Source: Acidobacteria bacterium RIFCSPLOWO2_12_FULL_68_19
GTDB taxonomy: Bacteria > Acidobacteriota > Vicinamibacteria > Vicinamibacterales > UBA2999
Assembly: GCA_001767525.1 (NCBI GenBank)
Contig: MELF01000023.1
Location: 4,682-68,681 of the forward strand
Length of the DNA: 64,000 nt
Direction of reading: 5' to 3'
Positions 61,747-64,000 of the stretch are shown here, piece by piece. Position 1 is the stretch's first letter. Every line of letters begins with the position of its first letter. The notes beneath the pieces were generated by a model that ran no database searches, was not told where the DNA came from, and saw only the letters and a program-made list of their open reading frames with translations. Both the position numbers and the translations under genes were made by a program.

Positions 61747-62085
61747 TTATGCCTCGGCGGAGCTGGTTGTGGGCAACCCGAGCCACATGCACACGGCTCG
61801 TTCAACGGACGCCAACTGAGGGCCGCCGAGTCTTCCCAACGAGCGAATCAACTTGGCGTGGGGAATGGTGACGAGATTCTGCGCATCGAACACGCCCACG
61901 CGCAGGAATGACACGGACACGGCCACCTCGAATCGGGACTGGCGTGGACTCGTGGTGTGCGGAACGACCGTCACAAGAGCACGGTCGGTGTCCTCCGCGG
62001 GGATGCTGATGACGAGCGCGGGGCGCACCTTCGCTGCCATGCCGAGGTCCACCAACCAGACCTCGCCCCGGCGCGGCGATGTCAT
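61747..62085 (-). CDS. mazF: MazF/PemK-family endoribonuclease toxin
   Basis: RRGEVWLVDLGMAAKVRPALVISIPAEDTDRALVTVVPHTTSPRQSRFEV...VFDAQNLVTIPHAKL. Confidence 0.85.
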   Translation of the reverse strand: MTSPRRGEVWLVDLGMAAKVRPALVISIPAEDTDRALVTVVPHTTSPRQSRFEVAVSVSFLRVGVFDAQNLVTIPHAKLIRSLGRLGGPQLASVERAVCMWLGLPTTSSAEA

Positions 62086-62270
62086 TCAGGCTGCTCGCGA
62101 CGATCGAGTTCGGTAAACAGGTGATCGGCGGCCGCCACCAAATCGTCGTCGTGCGGCAAGTCGTGCGGGGCCAAGGCCACCCGACGCGCGAGTTCCGCCA
62201 CGAGCTCCGACCGATCCCGATCCGGGAGCGCCTCGAATTCGTCGAGCAGCTTCTGCGTGGCCTGCGTCAC
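62082..62270 (-). CDS. cognate small antitoxin (addiction-module-component type)
   Basis: 62 aa. LLDEFEALPDRDRSELVAELARRV. ATGA overlap with mazF. Confidence 0.65.
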   Translation of the reverse strand: MTQATQKLLDEFEALPDRDRSELVAELARRVALAPHDLPHDDDLVAAADHLFTELDRREQPE

Positions 62271-62401
62271 GAAATCAGAGTCCCATGTTGTGTTCTTCGC
62301 GTCAAGATCGTCGGTGATTCAGAGGCATAACGGCCAGCGCTCACCAGCGGCCAGCCCGGGATTCCGCCCGCGGGCCGTCTGGTGCAGCGCATGTTGGGTC
62401 G

Positions 62402-62734
62402 CTACCCCAGTTCAAGGAAGGTCTCCTCGCCTTGTGCCTCGAACCTCCGGATGTCGTCTGCCCGCTGCCTCAGCAGTCGGGCGACGTCTTCGGTGGCGCA
62501 GTTCCCCAACCGGAGCCAGACGACCTTGGGCGGTGCGCCGCGGAGCACGCTCAGGCGATGAAAATCCTCATCCTTCGTGACCAGCAGGCAGTTGTGCTCG
62601 CGAGCTAATTGCCACACCGCGGCGTCCGCCGACCCGCCAGCACCAAGCAGGCGGATGTGGAGGCAACCAGGAAAGACGTCGGCCAGTGATTGCACAAGCT
62701 CTTCGGACAATTGTTCGTCGAAGAGCAGGCGCAC
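62402..62734 (-). CDS. DUF5615 PIN-like toxin
   Basis: MRLLFDEQLSEELVQSLADVFPGCLHIRLLG...DAAVWQLAREHNCLLVTKDEDF. Downstream of a DUF433 partner. Confidence 0.8.
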   Translation of the reverse strand: MRLLFDEQLSEELVQSLADVFPGCLHIRLLGAGGSADAAVWQLAREHNCLLVTKDEDFHRLSVLRGAPPKVVWLRLGNCATEDVARLLRQRADDIRRFEAQGEETFLELG

Positions 62735-62739
62735 AAGGT

Positions 62740-62967
62740 TCAGGCAGCTGGGATTCCGAGGGTCCGGCGCTCGCGCTCAGCCGCGTACGCCAGACACGCG
62801 CGGATGTCTTCTCGGGCGAGCTGCGGGAAATCGGCCAGGAGTTCGTCTTCCGACATCCCGCCCGCCAAATACCCGAGAATGTCGCCCACTGCGATACGGG
62901 TCCCGCGAACACAGGGCTTGCCGAACCGGATGGCCGGATCGATGCTAATGCGTTCCAGAGGGCTCAT
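62740..62967 (-). CDS. DUF433 antitoxin
   Basis: ISIDPAIRFGKPCVRGTRIAVGDILGYLAGGMSEDELLADFPQLAREDIRACLAYAA is the canonical DUF433 pattern. Confidence 0.85.
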   Translation of the reverse strand: MSPLERISIDPAIRFGKPCVRGTRIAVGDILGYLAGGMSEDELLADFPQLAREDIRACLAYAAERERRTLGIPAA

Positions 62968-63111
62968 GGGCCAAGTCTAAGGGAACCCGTAGACAGGGGC
63001 AAACAGGGAGTCTGTTCGTCGACCCAACGCTGCGGCTCACTTGCGGCGGCCGCACACTGCCGTTTCTATCGCCCGGATCCTACCGCGGCCGCCGACAAGT
63101 GCAGCCGCTTG

Positions 63112-63447
63112 TTATGCCTTGAGGATTGATTTCACTTGCCGCCGCACGTCTGGAATCCGGTGCTGCACCACGTCCCATACCAATTCGTAATCCACCCCAA
63201 AGTAGTCGTGAATCAGACGGTCACGCATGCCGGCCATGCCCCGCCAGTCGACGCCGGGATGCTGGGCGCGAAGGTCGACGGGCACCTTCTTCGCTGCCTC
63301 CCCGATGATTTCGAGGCTGCGAACGAAAGCCCGACACAGCGTTTGATTCGCGACGAACGCCTCGAATGAAAGACCGGGCGTCTGACTGAGCAGGTACTCA
63401 GCCTCTAGCAGGATGTGCCGAAGGTAGTCACGCGGCTCGAAGGACAT
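63112..63447 (-). CDS. hepT: HepT (DUF86) toxin
   Basis: [12 protein letters not shown]...[14 protein letters not shown]...[27 protein letters not shown], including the RxxxxH HEPN motif. Confidence 0.88.
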   Translation of the reverse strand: MSFEPRDYLRHILLEAEYLLSQTPGLSFEAFVANQTLCRAFVRSLEIIGEAAKKVPVDLRAQHPGVDWRGMAGMRDRLIHDYFGVDYELVWDVVQHRIPDVRRQVKSILKA

Positions 63448-63745
63448 CCTGCGCCTCGGCCAAGATGCGAGGACCGAGGAACGGGGACAGCGCTTCAGTC
63501 GTCACCAACTCCACGCGGCGACGCAACAGGGATTCGAGCAACTCCGACAAGGCAATGAAATGCGCGTACGATTTCTGGCCCGGCGAGAACTGAACCAGGA
63601 CATCGACGTCGCTATCGGGGCGGGCCTCGTCGCGGGCCACCGAGCCAAATAGAGCCAGCCGAGCAACACCCAGCGCGCGGATCGCGGGCTCGGCTCCGGC
63701 AATTCGGGCCATCGCCACGTCGCAGGTTAGAGGCGCCGATTCCAT
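63428..63745 (-). CDS. mntA: MNT nucleotidyltransferase antitoxin
   Basis: [24 protein letters not shown] (GSxxRxxxxxxSDxD motif). A 20-nt overlap joins it to hepT. Confidence 0.85.
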   Translation of the reverse strand: MESAPLTCDVAMARIAGAEPAIRALGVARLALFGSVARDEARPDSDVDVLVQFSPGQKSYAHFIALSELLESLLRRRVELVTTEALSPFLGPRILAEAQDVLRAA

Positions 63746-63876
63746 ACCTTCAATGTAGCCTGTTTACCCCTACGGCCCCAACTCTCGCCGAGAGGCATAA
63801 CGCCACGAATGAGCCGCGCGCGTCCGCGAGCCAGCGCGCGACGGCTCCATTCGTTTGTTGGGCTGTCCCGCTTCGG

Positions 63877-63999
63877 CTATTCCGGTTCGGCTCGGGGTTC
63901 GACTCGGCCAACCGCTTCGTCGGTCGCCAAGTCGAGTTCGGCGAACTCTTCCACCGTGAGCGCGCGAATCCGCGTCTTGAGGCACGCCTTGGGAATCGC
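63877..63999 (-). CDS. C-terminal end of an unidentified protein (partial at window edge)
   Basis: Manual translation gives ...AIPKACLKTRIRALTVEEFAELDLATDEAVGRVEPRAEPE, with the stop codon (TAG on the minus strand) at 63877-63879. No family recognised. Confidence 0.25.
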   Translation of the reverse strand, partial: AIPKACLKTRIRALTVEEFAELDLATDEAVGRVEPRAEPE

Positions 64000-64000
64000 G

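Overview
High-GC bacterial chromosome fragment. Carboxypeptidase-regulatory-domain TonB receptors, many exported PQQ/amidohydrolase enzymes and dense toxin-antitoxin (TA) content suggest an Acidobacteriota-like soil organism; that is inference only. The window has three parts. (1) 1-6.4 kb holds an accessory patch (5-prime end of an SNF2 helicase gene, orphan ParD, HicAB, a SEC-C protein, a PIN fragment) followed by core gltX and tRNA-Gln(CUG). (2) 6.4-19.9 kb is the most interesting region. The complete tRNA-Gln is followed by four same-orientation copies of its 3-prime half, which delimit four small decayed integrative islets stacked in tandem. The islets have no intact integrase. They retain two paralogous bacterial ERCC4/XPF-type nucleases (one with an Arg-to-TGA nonsense change), a three-gene ERCC4 cassette with two unknown small proteins, a SWIM-SNF2 helicase preceded by a frameshifted DUF6933-like leader, a nuclease-like/P-loop DUF2075 protein, and three TA pairs (DUF3368-PIN/UPF0175, ParE-like, RES-Xre). 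(3) 19.9-61.4 kb is core catabolic/transport DNA. It encodes a sulfatase, two PQQ dehydrogenases, signal-peptide versions of VOC, FAH and methyltransferase enzymes, an HYR-domain secreted protein, two LuxR regulators and a gluconolactonase. It also encodes amidohydrolases, a Tat-exported ICL/PEP-mutase-family enzyme, two tandem TonB-dependent receptors, MFS transporters and a form-II CoxSLMG-like molybdoenzyme operon. A GGTAGC/GCTACC palindromic repeat family sits in four intergenic spacers. The last 2.6 kb is a second accessory patch with MazF, DUF5615/DUF433 and HepT/MNT pairs plus gene fragments. No CRISPR array, rRNA or intact transposase/integrase was seen. Many long ORFs in the track are antisense artefacts of high GC.
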